A stretch of 64,000 bases of DNA. Source: Balanoglossus misakiensis (Eukaryota > Animalia > Hemichordata). The notes under the pieces were generated by a model that searched no databases, had not been told where the DNA came from, and saw nothing but the letters and a program-made list of their open reading frames with translations. Positions 18,492 through 31,900 of this stretch are shown piece by piece (the first letter of the stretch is position 1; each line of letters begins with the position of its first letter). The DNA lies in the NCBI GenBank assembly GCA_040954595.2, contig CM082592.2, positions 3,736,735 to 3,800,734 on the forward strand, read 5' to 3'. A program made the translations under genes and the position numbers.

Positions 18492-19381
18492 TCATTCTGT
18501 CAAGTTCATTTTTTCGTCTAGGCCAGGGACCATCTTACACATTTCGGATAATGCTAGAGCTAATATTCTGTTTTCCAGTTCTATATTGGATATTTTATCT
18601 ATGGGGTTGTTTTCAAAATCTGTAACGCTTTCGTCATCATGCAACAACAATTTGAACCACAAAATAATCGCTACGTATGAGTCACCTTCGAAATTGATGA
18701 CGGATATTGAGTCATTTGCATAATCAGATATATCACATAGTACCGGCATTCCAAACTTCGCATACAACCACCTGTTGGATCCTTCAACAAAACGGTCTGT
18801 TTTAAGTCTGGGTGTCTGTTCTACAAAATTACCTAACGCACGTGGGTTTGTAGTTAACCCAAGTTCACGAAGGATATCATGGCTATTTTGCAAAACCATG
18901 GATTCTACCGCGTCTAAATAATGCATGGCTTGTACACTGCCATCTTCCCTTAGGAAAAGGGTTGAACACCTATCAACACCAGGAGTAGCTAAAGCTTCCA
19001 GCGAAACAGTACACGCACTGGGGACTGATTGCCAAACTCCTCCACGTTGTTTATAAAAAGCTATGTATTCTTTGAAACACGACCCGTGTGCTTGTATCGT
19101 TTTTATTTTATTTAACAGTATCATTGGATGGTGATTTTGCGACCTCCGGTGTGTTGATTGGTGAACATCCTCAGAGACGACCTAAACAGTTGCATTGATA
19201 GAGAGGAAGATAGAAAGAGTGGTTTAGTGGAAAGTAATATTTAGTCAAATGTTGGGCAACCCGATTTACATGTAGAATGACATGTACGTACCTCAGTTGT
19301 ATTTTCAGTAGATATATCCCGGGATGAATCGTCGGGTTCATGAATAGGCGTTTCCGTATGTTGTTCTTGGATCACACGAAC
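18492..19381 (-). CDS. Spliced paralogue of the 16010-18082 gene (exons 19381-19292 and 19181-18492); first exon not found
   Basis: GTACGT...TTTAG intron at 19291-19182 keeps the frame; a further acceptor TTTTGTAG lies at 19382; shares DG, TPxL, GMPVL and YxAxIxWFK motifs with its neighbour. Confidence 0.75.
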
Positions 19382-19466
19382 CTACAAAAAAACAAACAAA
19401 AGTGTAACATTTTTAACATTGCTTGGGACCACTCCGCTTAATGGTTAGCACACACACACACAATCG

Positions 19467-20020
19467 CTGGCTCGCCGTTGACTGTACAAGCGCGCCCTCA
19501 ACCGTTAACAAACAAACGAACACCGCTTCGCAATGTCCCAGCGTAAATCTCTCTTGACAGTAAAGTTTAATTGGCGGTCCACGGGATACTAATTAAACAG
19601 TTTTCAAAGCAATGAAGCCCTTACACGGAGGCGTGAAAAACTAATTGTCCGCCTCGAGCTAGCTAAGTATTCGGCTTCAACCGACTCGCCATTTTTAAGC
19701 GCAGCCAGATAGTAGCGCGTGTTAACCCCCCCCCCCACCCCAACCAAATCAGCGACGAACCTTCAATGCCGGCTGACTGGTAGCAGAAAACACAAACGAC
19801 CTTGAATCACACCACGACAGTAGTCGGGTCTGTGAGCACCCCCAAACGCAAATTTATCGGCGAAAAACTACGGGAGCTTTTTGAAACAGCGACACTGGCT
19901 CGCTGTTGACTGTACCAGCGCGCCCTCAACCGTTAACAAACAAACGAACACCGCTTCGCAATGTCCCAGCGTAAATCTCTCTTGACAGTCAAGTTTAATT
20001 GGCGGTCCACGGGATACTAA
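19467..20020. repeat. 126-bp direct repeat pair (19467-19592 and 19895-20020)
   Basis: CTGGCTCGC...CCACGGGATACTAA occurs twice with 3 mismatches by eye. Confidence 0.95.
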
Positions 20021-20039
20021 AATGATCGACCCAGAAGTG

Positions 20040-21486
20040 GCCAGTAACGTTTGAATTCCTAATTTGCATACAGTTCCCCAACTTTGTTTAGCAATTTGCA
20101 ACCCATTTCTGACAATAATTCACCCCAGGCACATTACTGGTACTATGAGTTTACTACGTGTGATTTTTCATGAAGTTTTAAGAAATTCTTTACCTTCACT
20201 GACAAAATGTCAACGTGACCTTGAAGTTACAACTTTTGTAAACAAATATCTGCCATACCCACACAAAAATTAACCCCTCATGTTTTAGAAACATTATTAA
20301 AACCCTCTATTCATCATTTTGACACGAATACAATCCCCCCCTCCCCTTCAACTTGAAAGAGTTATCGCTGCCCGAGTTGTAGGTAGATCAAAATGCAAGT
20401 CATCGAGAGCTATTTGAGCCATAGATAAACAATGCGTAAATTTCTGCTGTATTTAGATAATAATCGCGGTCTCTACGTCAGTCGACAACTTTTGCCGGGC
20501 CGTTGATACTTGCCATAACGTAATTCGAATTGTATATTTGCCATAGCGCTACAAATCTCATTCACCTGACATGTCTTATTTCGGGCCACCAACACGTTTT
20601 TGACAAATAGTTTACGATACAAGTCGATTGAAATGTGGCAAATAAATGTTGAATTAAACGTACGTACCAGTTCTGTATCTCCGCCGGACAGATATATGTT
20701 GAAATCATTGGATCGACAAATCGGTGTTTCCTCTTGCAGTTCACGGAGAAGGCGGTTCTAATAACAACAAATACCATAAAAAAATATTTGATAACATTGG
20801 ATGAAGTTGTTAAATTCTCACAAAATCTATTTTACCTCATTTACATTGACAAGAGTATTTGATACATCTCTGCACACTCTGGTGAGAATAAAAAACTTAC
20901 GTAATCATCTTGCCCTAGTAATGATTCGGATATATTTTCATCCAGCCCAATCAAATCCATGTTGTCTGATAACAGTTTATACCAAGAAAATGGTAGCAAC
21001 ATGAAGACAACCCTAATATTTATACAAGAACACTTCAGAAGTTAATTAAAATCACATGTAGGCACTTGACGACAATTATTCATGCCATCAGACAGAAAAT
21101 GACATTAGTTGGTCTCTCGTGTATAATTGTTTGACTCGAATATTGAAACTTGACGACAGACATTGGACATGGTGCAACGCAAACGCTTGAACTTGCCAGT
21201 AACGTTTGCATTCCTCATTTGCATACAGTTCTGGCAATTATTTCACCCCAGGCACATTACTGGCACTATGAGTGTACTACATGTGATTTTTCATTAAGTT
21301 TTATCAAGAAGAATTTCTTTACTTCCACTGACAAAATTGTGAACACGAAATTCAAAGTGACCTTGAAGGTAACAAAAACAAAAAACAAAGAAAAAAAAAA
21401 TATCTGCCATACCCACACAAAAATTAACCCCCTCAGGTTTTAGAAACATTATTAAACTCATCTATTCAAAATTTTGACATGAATAT
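20040..21486. repeat. Diverged ~290-bp direct repeat pair (~20040-20329 and ~21195-21486)
   Basis: Shared blocks GCCAGTAACGTTTG, CACCCCAGGCACATTACTGG, TATCTGCCATACCCACACAAAAATTAACCC and TTTTAGAAACATTATTAAA. Confidence 0.9.
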
Positions 21487-24400
21487 ATCCATGCAGCGTT
21501 GGAAAGGAAGTCATAACGTCATAGGTCAACATGCCTTGACTTAGTTCATGGGGAAGACAATTTTTACACCGTCATTACTCCTCAAGGGAGCCGCTCGCAA
21601 CATTATAATTTCACGGTAACTCAGTTCAATATCTTCCTAGCCTACCCAATTTTTTTTCAAGACAAGAAATCTTTTATGTGAGTCAGGGACCACAATTTCA
21701 GTCAACATACCGAAACTGTCTTTCTCGGGAACGCGTCGTTAAAACTTCACGAAAAATCATCCTATCATTGACTGTGGTGATTCATACCCGTACCACTCAG
21801 TGAAATAGATCTCTTTAGTCTGGGCGCCTTAATGAGCCCATTAAGCGCAAGAATGTTCCCTCAAGAAATAAAGACGGTCGGGAAACTCTCGGGCCTCATT
21901 ATGGTTCGCTTAAATGTTGATTGGGTTCAACAATCCACTTAACTCTCCACACCCCCCACCTCCCTATCAGAAGCATGCCACATCCTGAACAGTTAATTAG
22001 CCATGCCAAGCACCTGTTTTCTCGGCGGTCTGCGACATTTCCGCAGGAAAACTGACATTTCGGACAGTTTTATTTGGTCAGTTCTAATTGTTTCTGTTGT
22101 AAAGGGCGGTGGGACGTGTAAAAAACGTCTTTATCATTGAATATTTCAATCATTTTACGACAACAGAGTGTCACACTTTCGGGTATCGTAACATTCGACG
22201 CTGGGATTTCACACTCAAGTGTAAAACACGAAAAATCACTTGTCGCGTCGGCACGGCTTTGGTCAATTTTTTGATAGTGTGAAGTAGATTTATCGCCGAA
22301 ATAAGCTTAGCACTGTCGTTGATAATACAAATGAAAGCCATGGGTTGGATGAGATCCCCGGCGGAGATCGTCCGAGATGTCAACATCAAAGGCACGGCTT
22401 TTCAAACGCACGGACTTCATTCCGCGACACAGTGAAGGCGTGTCGGGTCGCGGTCAGTGACCATGGCAGCGCCGATATGCCAAGACGTCACTTGCGGAAG
22501 TGACCTCGTGTGGAGAGCTCATTTTGCGCTGTTTGAATGTTACTGACATCTAGCGAGAACTATGACAGCTTCGATACATTAACGTATGATGAAATCATCG
22601 ACTTTGTTTCTCAGAAATAAACTCATGGCATGAAAAATTAGGACGATAAAGAGAACGAGACACTAGCTTTAGCGAAATCTACCGTGGCCATGGAAGGCCT
22701 ACGCACGTTCATGGTTTGTTACGATAACCGGCCACATACGATGTTGAACGGATCAGAACATTGCAGCTTTGATTTCGTCTTTTTTTTCTTTCTTAACCTT
22801 TTGAACTCCTAAGGCCAAAAAAAAAAAAAAGAGTTTTGTTTAGCGTCCTCGCGCGCGTCACTTTTAAACATGCGCGTCGAGGTTTTTTTTTTCGTAATTT
22901 TCGAACCCGGAAATCAACTGCAGTGTTTTCTCCAGGACGCGCGATTCCCCCTCTTTTACACTTGAAGCGCCCCTTGTAACAAGTTCAGGGGGCGACAATC
23001 GCCCCTTCTTGAGCAGCCCACCCGGCCAGTACATGCGCGTCCAAGCCTCCATAGCAGGCACCGTAGGTCAAAACACTGGGAAAACGGCCTATACATTTTA
23101 ACTTCCCCCCCCCCCCCCCAAACTATGTTGTAGATGACTTTCACATTCATTTACGTGTAATTTAGCTCCAGGGCTATAGTGTGCAATTGTTGGAACAGCC
23201 TATCTGGATACCGTAGTGAACTTGTTGATATGGCGACTTTTGAAATTGGGTTGGCAGAACGTAACAATTTTATGCAAATGAAAGAAACTGCGTTCCTGCC
23301 ATGGCGATTATCAAGAATGTATCAGTTTATAATAATATAACCCGCCCAACAGGTTCGGATAATCGGTGTTCCACTGTATATTCAATATGGCGAGCTCAAC
23401 ATGTAAACACACAACTTCTCATCCCTCAAAAACATACAGGGGACCCATCTTAAGTAACGTCCAATGTAAAAGGTCACTGAACTCGTCAGCGTATTATGTG
23501 GCTACTCGTACATTGACCTTTTGGGGCGGGATTCTTTTTTGGCGCGCAACCACTAGTACCAGGCCCCAGACCAGGAACTGGCGACCCGCCGTTTGTTTCC
23601 AACGCCAAATTTGATTCTAATGTTGAATGTCCGAGAAAACAATTTATCTGACCTGTAGTTTTCTTGGCTCGCTTACGTTTTAATTTGGAAACTTTTAAAA
23701 AAATCAAACGCCACCGTCTTGATGACTGGCCCCTATTTTAATAATGGTTTCGTCGTTTCGCAATGGAAAAGGTCGCTGAACTCGCCAGCTGAAGCGATTG
23801 CGAAACAGCGAAACCACAAAAAACTGACATTATTTCCTTAAAGACCACAGAGCGAAGGATGCATATTGCAATTAAAGGGACAAAGTCTCTCTCTCGCTGC
23901 CCTTTTTTTCCATTAATTATATTTGATACAAGACACCGTTTGTTATTCTACATGTGGATATATAGTGAATGAACGTTCAACCACACAAAACTTCCATCCA
24001 ACAACCCAATCAAGACTTGCACGCACTTCCCTCTCGGAGAAAAGAATGTAACAGCAAAAACACTTAACCCCTGTGTCATTTACGTCACCACTCCCATGGG
24101 ATACGACGATGAACGAAGTTAACGAGGTTAGAAAAGTCGTGTAAGTCAAACATGTCTATAGTGGCCAGTCAAGGGATTTTCCTAAATTGGTCTGTGCAAA
24201 CAGGTGGCTTTTATAGACCGGTCAAATAATGCACAAGTACTTTGCACACTGCAGGGACTGTAACAAAGCGGCCGTACACGTAAATTGGGAACAGTATAGT
24301 ATATAGGAATGTCTGTAAACCCCCACTCCAAAAATCGAATCGTTCAGCAGTGTATTGTGACATCACGTAAAAGTAGAGCAGACGGACTCTAAACAATAAT

Positions 24401-27400
24401 GGTCGCGATAAACCAAATGATGATCCCGCCAAAGCAGGTCACTTCATTTAATACCCGGATGAAGTTTTGACCATGTTACAAGGATGCAGCGACGAGATGA
24501 TATCAATTCTAAACTGCCGTGCCAAACTATATCTGTAGCCCCTGTGGTCCAATTTGACATGGTCGACTTGTCATTTTGACTGCAATCCTGATTTTTTCCA
24601 TGGTAATGGTATCTTGGAAAACTTTTCAGGATACATGGCTGGTGTTCATAATTAAGAATGGCAGGTGATGACCATTGCGAGAGTTTCTTAAACCGGGGTC
24701 ACTTTATTTGGGTCGCTCAACGATATATTGTTGGATCAAAATAAGCAGTATTTGGCTGGATGTAGCATAGCATATTCAATTTATTCGCCTTAATAGGGGA
24801 CCTCTCGTCCGTAAAGTACTTATGATAAGAAATATGACTCGAGACGAGGTTTAAATGCTTTACATTGGCGCGAATGCCCGAATGAATTCAGCGTAATGTT
24901 TTCTTCTTATGTGATGTCCAAGTGGAATAATTACAGATTATGTCATCATAAATCGCCAGTACTCTTTTTTGCCTGTCTCACCGGTGTTATGGCCTGACCA
25001 CCATTTCATTCTTATAGACACCTAGTTAATTGTCTGTAATACGTACATGTCAACGCTGTGCCTTTTCTGTGCCATAAAGAACACCCTAAGCGAATTATTG
25101 CCAATTGAATGCGTGCATTAGTAAATCAATTAATGAATCGATAAATCGATACGAACGCCATGGGCGTAGAACTTGATTAAAGGTACAAGTTTGCCTTGAA
25201 ATGCCCTTGTGCTTTGACAAGGTCAACGAAGGCCTCACGAAGTTTGAAAACGTCTTTAAAAATGAAATAATTAATATTGAGTAATAACGTTGCTGGGCAT
25301 TGCAAACATGGTTTAGTCCTGTCCTGTTGAACACAAAATTACACAATCTCAATGATATTGAGAAATGGCAGTTCGCCTGTTCTTTGGAAAGAACGGCATT
25401 TGAAATATGCATAAACTGATATAAATGTTGACAGCGATTCCCGCCTACACTGTCAGACAAATAGAATACTGACGTGTCACAAAAATATGGTTGCAATCTT
25501 CGTTCTCAAGCACCGTGGGCACACTTAAACATTGGTGTCACGATTTAAACATAGCGATGTAGTTAAGGTATCGGATACGGCCTTGTGTACTGTTGTTAGT
25601 TTCCTATTGTTGCATGGCGATTATGAAGTTGACGGAATGACCTTTTTGGTGTCGTCACTGAACCGCACTGTACCGGAGTTTAACGCGACTGGGGAAATAT
25701 TTGGGATAATTTCATATGAATGAATGTATTTATAATAACAGTATATGTTGTATATTTGAGTCGATTTGCCACTAGGCTATATATGTCCATAATTTAAATG
25801 AACAAAGTTCGGCGAAGTGTGTCTCGAGTTATTACAAATAGCCTGAGTGGGGTGACCCCATTTTGATTGGTGTGAGTGAACAGTGTGACCCTGTAGCCCA
25901 TAACGTAATTCCAACCAAAGCATATAATGTGGCGAATGATAAAATTGGTTCAGGTTTATGACTAAATTAGTCCATAATATTTATTGATACACAGAAACAC
26001 AAAACAAACACCAAATGACCATTGGGATAGTCCGGTATACACTTGAGGAGAATGTTGACCGTAATTTTGCAATCATTGTTTGATCAAAACAAGATGATAA
26101 ATATAGCGTGTGCGTATAGTAACATAAAGCAGAAAGGGACTGTCTCTTACTAAGTGGATGTAGTCTGCTGAATTTTTACACATTTCGTCTACATGCATCT
26201 AAAAACCTCATAATGTGTTTCTACTGTAGCGTCACAGTAATGAAACGTTCATTTAACCTTTTAGGGTAGGACCTTAGGACTATAGTTTACTACATTCGGG
26301 AAACAACAGTGCTTCGGATCAGATTCTACTGTATAATATTAGCAGAAATACTCGCATATTTGTACTTATACAACAAGACAGATTGTTGAATTCGCAGGTT
26401 CAACATATAAAATATAAGATATTTCTGGTTGACCTTTGATCCTTGTTGAAAATGGGCAAGGTAACTCACGGCTATACACGCTATCTGGTCCAGGCAGCGT
26501 GTACTATATTCCAGAGCTTTGAGTTGAATAAATAAACAAATGAGTATATGCCAGACTCGGGCAGATGTACATGTATTACTAGACAATTCCTGAGAACCCT
26601 TAGACCTGATTATATCGAGGTTACCGCCTGTCTATAATATGGCGTCTAGATAGTTTACCGTTTATTTTGAATCCTGTCTCGTGATAGGTTTAATTGAATG
26701 CACGGATAAGGACACTCAGTTGTGTCGGACACTTGTGGGACACATCAACAAGTCTATAGGAGCGCAAAATGGTGAAAATTGTTTTGGATCATTTCATCAG
26801 CTCAATAGAAGACAGACCTTGCTTCAAGTAACACATTGTATAACATAATAGACTCTGCAGTGGCTGAAACCTAGAACTTTTGGACGTGTGCCAAGTTGTA
26901 GCAGATTCTCGAAAATTTAATCAAGCTCATTAAAATTGACGCAAGTTACCTGTTCTAATAAGACTGTGTGATTGTCATTAAATTATGCCGGGACACGCTC
27001 TGTTTTGTGTTTATTTCTTGCCTGTTAATTGGTGACGTCTAACAAGTTTGAGGAACAACAATGGAGTGACATTGATCCTATTCTTGATAACATTCCTCAG
27101 TAACCTGCTTTCTGTCGTCTTTTAGGCTGCTGACCGATTCAACCAGTTTGAAGAAAACAACTAGTTAATATCGGCCCGAAGAAAATGGGGTCTCTGTCAC
27201 AGTAGAGCAAAGGGTCTCGGAATATTCGCATTAAAATATTGATCGTTAATCGTTGTGCCTTTGAGTGCAAAAAGCTGCAATTCAAGACAGATGTTATGTA
27301 ATTGTTTTACCTGAGATGACAATCACACAGTTGAATTGAGTCGATTTTGGATACCGTACCACGCTTGTATCAAGTCCAAGCTGTTTTGGCGTGGCCGTCA

Positions 27401-28315
27401 ACACCGTTCTGTAACGGTGGTGCAATGCTTTTATATCGTGATTTGTTAGTGACGCGACACCAAAACAGTCACACAATCAGTCTTTCAAGGTTATAGCAAA
27501 ATACCAGGCCTGTGATTATCGTGTGTAGATTGTATAAGACTCGTACTGCTGAAAAAAACGTTGCCACGAATTTAAAACTTCTCTAGAGACTGCAAACTAC
27601 ATTTTGTATTCATGAGCCAATGTCTCACGCTGACATTTAGCTCGTCGTCGTCAGCTGTGCCAGTTGTCTGACTCTTCAGCCCAGCTATGACCTTTACGCA
27701 CGGCGAGAAGTTTTGTCTTTCATTCTGAGTGTTTACCACCCAAAGTTCTAATTCTCTCGTTTTTGAACGGATGGGTTGCTGTTCCTCTCGTTAAAACATT
27801 CTACCATTTAGCGATGAACGACTGAGAGCGTATTATCTTACAGTAAAACGACAGACGACGACTTCAAATGCCAACATCACCTCACTGTCGCGTTCTGGGT
27901 TTTTGTCATCTCGAAGTCTGACGGTAATCACCTGCGACGCTTTAGCGAAGGCGCCGCTTTGAAGTCGGATCGTTCTGTGTGTGTGAATTTCTACAAAATA
28001 AACACGGAGCCATTCGTTTCGGGGAGCCCAAAATGGTGACCGTGTTTGGCCGAACAATATACATTTAAATATGTAAAGGAGTAACTATTAACGCGAGCTT
28101 TGGTCAAACACTTTGCACCGATCTGTTCAACGGGGTCTATTGTCAAACGGTCTACAAGACCAACTGAAAGCAATTTCGCATTTCTGTCGACAAGTCAGCC
28201 AAAACCGACGAACTTATACCATGACAGCAGATTTTCGAACGCCTTTATAAAGGTTGGACACAATATGGCGTCGGCGAATTTTTGACAAAGTTGTAAGTGG
28301 GGTAGGTGTACATAC

Positions 28316-28406
28316 CTGCACATCGGCAAGGGTCATGTTTGTCCAGGTAGTGTTCTAGCGTATCCCAGCCTCCACCTACACGGACCATCACGTGACTCCG
28401 TAAGAT
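28316..28406 (-). CDS. GAS2L: GAS2-like protein, coding exon 3 (GAR domain, second half)
   Basis: TTTCAG|[30 protein letters not shown]|GTATGT; not present in the ORF track. Confidence 0.95.
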
Positions 28407-28880
28407 CTGAAAACCAATAACAGAAGAATGCGATACTGAGAATGCTCACCACGTGGTGGCGCCGTCTCATTTGGACACCTGTTGATCGGACAATCCAGTG
28501 TACAAATGGATCAGCCTTTTTTTTTTTTTATCTCGCCTAGATGTATGTTCCCTCATATACATACAGGATCTACTGTAATATTTGGGGGCGGGCAGATTAT
28601 ACTACATTTTAAACCATTTCTCTTCAATTGTAGTTTTATTACGATACACAATATATACATATATACAGTTACACAACGGATCTGCTAAAGTATAACTTTG
28701 GTAATATACTTCGATATGAGATTTTATTGTATTCATAAAAATGAAAATACTGTAGTTAGCAGCAGTTCCTTAAACAAGAGCTCACAACTGCCAATATTCA
28801 ATACATTCGGTGCAAATTGACAAAGATTATGAATATTGCGTTTGTCAATTGGGAAATGGAGTTCAAAAGAAAGAACTTAC

Positions 28881-28988
28881 TCTGACAAAAATGAGCGTAC
28901 TAGAATCACCAATTCTGTATTTCCCGTCAGAAATCCGAACCATAGGAAACTGTACTGGACAAGAACATCTGCTGATGAGATCGCGAAC
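28881..28988 (-). CDS. GAS2L: GAS2-like protein, coding exon 2 (GAR domain, first half)
   Basis: CTAG|[36 protein letters not shown]|GTAAGT, 108 nt. Confidence 0.95.
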
Positions 28989-31900
28989 CTAGAGGAACAA
29001 CATAAAACAATGTTGATATTTACATTCGAAACAAGGAAAAATATAAGGAGATATTTTACATGCAATATCATATAAATGGGATATAAGGTTACAAAAGTAC
29101 ACATATCAATATTTTGGATAGTTTATTGACCCCTTGAAGTTGTCGTCAGAGTCTGTATTGAAATCGTCTACATAGATCCCTATACGCATGTGCAGTTTAA
29201 TGCTTGGTTGTTGACATAGAAACTTTCAGTTGTAGCGCAGTGGTCCGCAACTCGCAATGTGAAACCACGACAAGTCATATTATCCAGCGAAACTCGGACT
29301 ACGTGACAACAGATTGAATTCACGCGTTTATTCTGTCTCGTGTTGACTGTTTCCGATGGCTGTGGGCATTGCCGATTAAACTCCACGCAGTGAATGTTAA
29401 ATGAAAATATAAACAGCAAAATATATTCATTGTGGCACACTCATTCCCCTAGGTGTGCAACTACAAGAGTGAATAAAACTTCCCTGGCCCGCGGGGTGTG
29501 CAGGGTGCAGAAAAAACATTGATAGCGCCATCTACGACAAACTTGGAACAGTAATCCAAGCAACACAAAGGAGGTGGATGGACCATGTTTACCTAGGGAC
29601 AGGACACCCACAAATACTGTCAATATTTTTTCTAATTGCACAATATGCAAAAACCAGGTCAATGTGAACTACCAACATATAAATAGTCATTACTGAAATA
29701 CAGTGATTTTAAAGATTGTGTGATTGTGTATTTTTTCCAAAATGCGCGTTTTGTGACGACCAAACTTGTCGGTCGATGACCCCACCATGACATTGTGTAC
29801 GTGTACTTACAGGTGCCATTGATTATACTTGACACATTCATCAATCGAAGTTCACTGCCATTATTCAAGTACTTAATTACGTAATGGTGCAATGAGACGA
29901 TTACTTGGCATCGTGCACGATCGACGTGGCGCATTGAAAGTTTTTTTTTAAAATACCACATCTTTCCGTAGCCATGGATACAATAAAACAAAATGCCTAG
30001 CAATTTTCGTGAGTTTATTCTTTCGAATACATTTGTATTATGAGGAGGTGGTCCAAACGCTACCTAAACTAGACAATTAGATTCTGTCGCCGTTACTAGA
30101 TTCTGATTCTGGTCATTTTCCATGGATGTCATGGATGAATTTTAAACAACAAAAACGTGAATATCATACAAGAAGTTTGTTTCTGAAAAGTATTAATACA
30201 TTTTTCATGTTTATCTTTGCCTTGTACTTGTTTTGTTATTTTGTCACGACTAGTGGTGATTTAAAATGTCTATTCAGGAAATCATACTAGAAGACCTTGG
30301 GTGACAATGACAGGCAACATCTTCAAACGTGCCCATACGGCACACGCCCCTAATATGTCTGAAGACGTATTCAAACGTTCTTTCACAAATACCCAACACA
30401 ATTTCACTATTGGTGTACCAGAGTTGCTTAGATTCCCCCCCCCCCCCCCCACAAAGGTCCGATTTTAGGCAACAATTTTATAGTTTATTTAATTTATTCA
30501 GGTATTCTGGAAAGTGAACAAAGGGTAAACTAAACCTATTATGACAGTCCGCGTGGTGATAAAACAAACCAAGTTGCTGAAGATGACAATGGGGCATTGT
30601 TGACCCGCAGACAACATTAAAGACATATCTATTGTCCATTTCGCATTTGTAGGTAAAACCCTCAGACCAGGAAAGTCATCCTTTCGCTGACGTGTTTGTT
30701 TGTCTATCTGTGTATACGTTGTACTTGCATTTACATAAAACCCAGTGGCGATATCACAGTATACTGAAATCGGACGATTTTTGTAAATCAATCTGCTTGG
30801 CACTGTATCACAAAGCAACACGGATAAGCTGTATCTGCAGCGAACCACAACAATACCCCTTTATGTCAACGACCACCTTGGAATTGCGCAACTACAAAAT
30901 TAAAACTTTACAGGGGGTATTTACCAGGTCTCTGTAGTCTTGCAGATTGTGGAATTCGCCATTTTGTGCGGATTATGCGGGGATAAACTTGTGTCGGGGC
31001 CGCATCAATCTCGGCGACGTCTTTACGATTGATTACTTTGTGAACTGAGCGACCAACACAAATTGAGGAATTATTAGGTTCGCTGCATGTGCTCGAATGT
31101 GTCTGTGTGTCTGCTGCTCTCTTGACAAATTGCAATTTATGATCGGCAAAGGCCGCACTGCATACCAACAGGTGAGGTTTTAACACCTGTGCTTGAGTGT
31201 TGCCACTTACATGTATCCTCGCACGGTAATAATAACATCAACTACACACACCCTTCGGGAACAGGCCCTGACAATGATACACTACACATGCGCAATTCCA
31301 ATCAGCGTTAGCAGTAACGGTTGGTCTATATCCAACTTCACATAAATCAGCCACTACGTTGAGGGAGAGGTCGTGTCCAAAAATTACCCAGCCAATCTCT
31401 GATGTATGTAAACATATTGGATTAATGATAGGTGGGAGTACAAGACAGTGTGAATATTTGCCAGAGGCGTCAACCACTAGACCAAGCACACACATATATC
31501 TTGTGGGCTTTTCTTGCAAAAACAGAGCAGCGAAAAGCTCGAAGTCACAGACAAGTTTTCAAAGAACGCGCTGGTCCGGGAATAACACTATAGGGCGATG
31601 CCAAAGAAGGACAAAATGGTAGCCGTATATTCTGGGGCAGATATCAGTACAGACGACTGCACTCGTGTTTTGCGATGTTGTTGTGCGTTCTCTTGTCATT
31701 AACCCTTTCAGACCCGAGTTTCTGGTATATAACCCAATCGCAATTTCATTGGTATCGATATTGGATATGATTTTAGTCCGAGAGGACCAAGGATAATGTG
31801 ATCTCTTAGTTTGAAATCTCAATATTGATAGTGTGCTCAAAAATCACGAAGATCATTGTCAGTTTCCCACAGCGTGAATGTCCAAAGACATTTGAAGACG

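Larger units (their letters stand above)
1..19440. mobile_element. Endogenous herpesvirus-like (Duplodnaviria) element, right-hand part; left end lies outside the window
   Basis: Tightly packed ORFs on both strands with AATAAA signals after stops (e.g. 1957, 5436, 13695; minus-strand TTTATT at 5484). Herpes-type terminase exon at 14728-15432. Abrupt switch to gene-poor, microsatellite-rich DNA near 19.45 kb. The right boundary is approximate. Confidence 0.85.

Noticed and set aside
19660-19692. aaaATGGCG on the minus strand as the missing first exon of the 18492-19381 gene
   Set aside because: The frame stops after nine codons (MASRLKPNT*) with no good donor before the stop.
19722-19745. piggyBac/Teratorn-type end (TTAACCC)
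   Set aside because: Wrong orientation for the right end of an element lying to the left; the C-run is a homopolymer and no transposase is visible.
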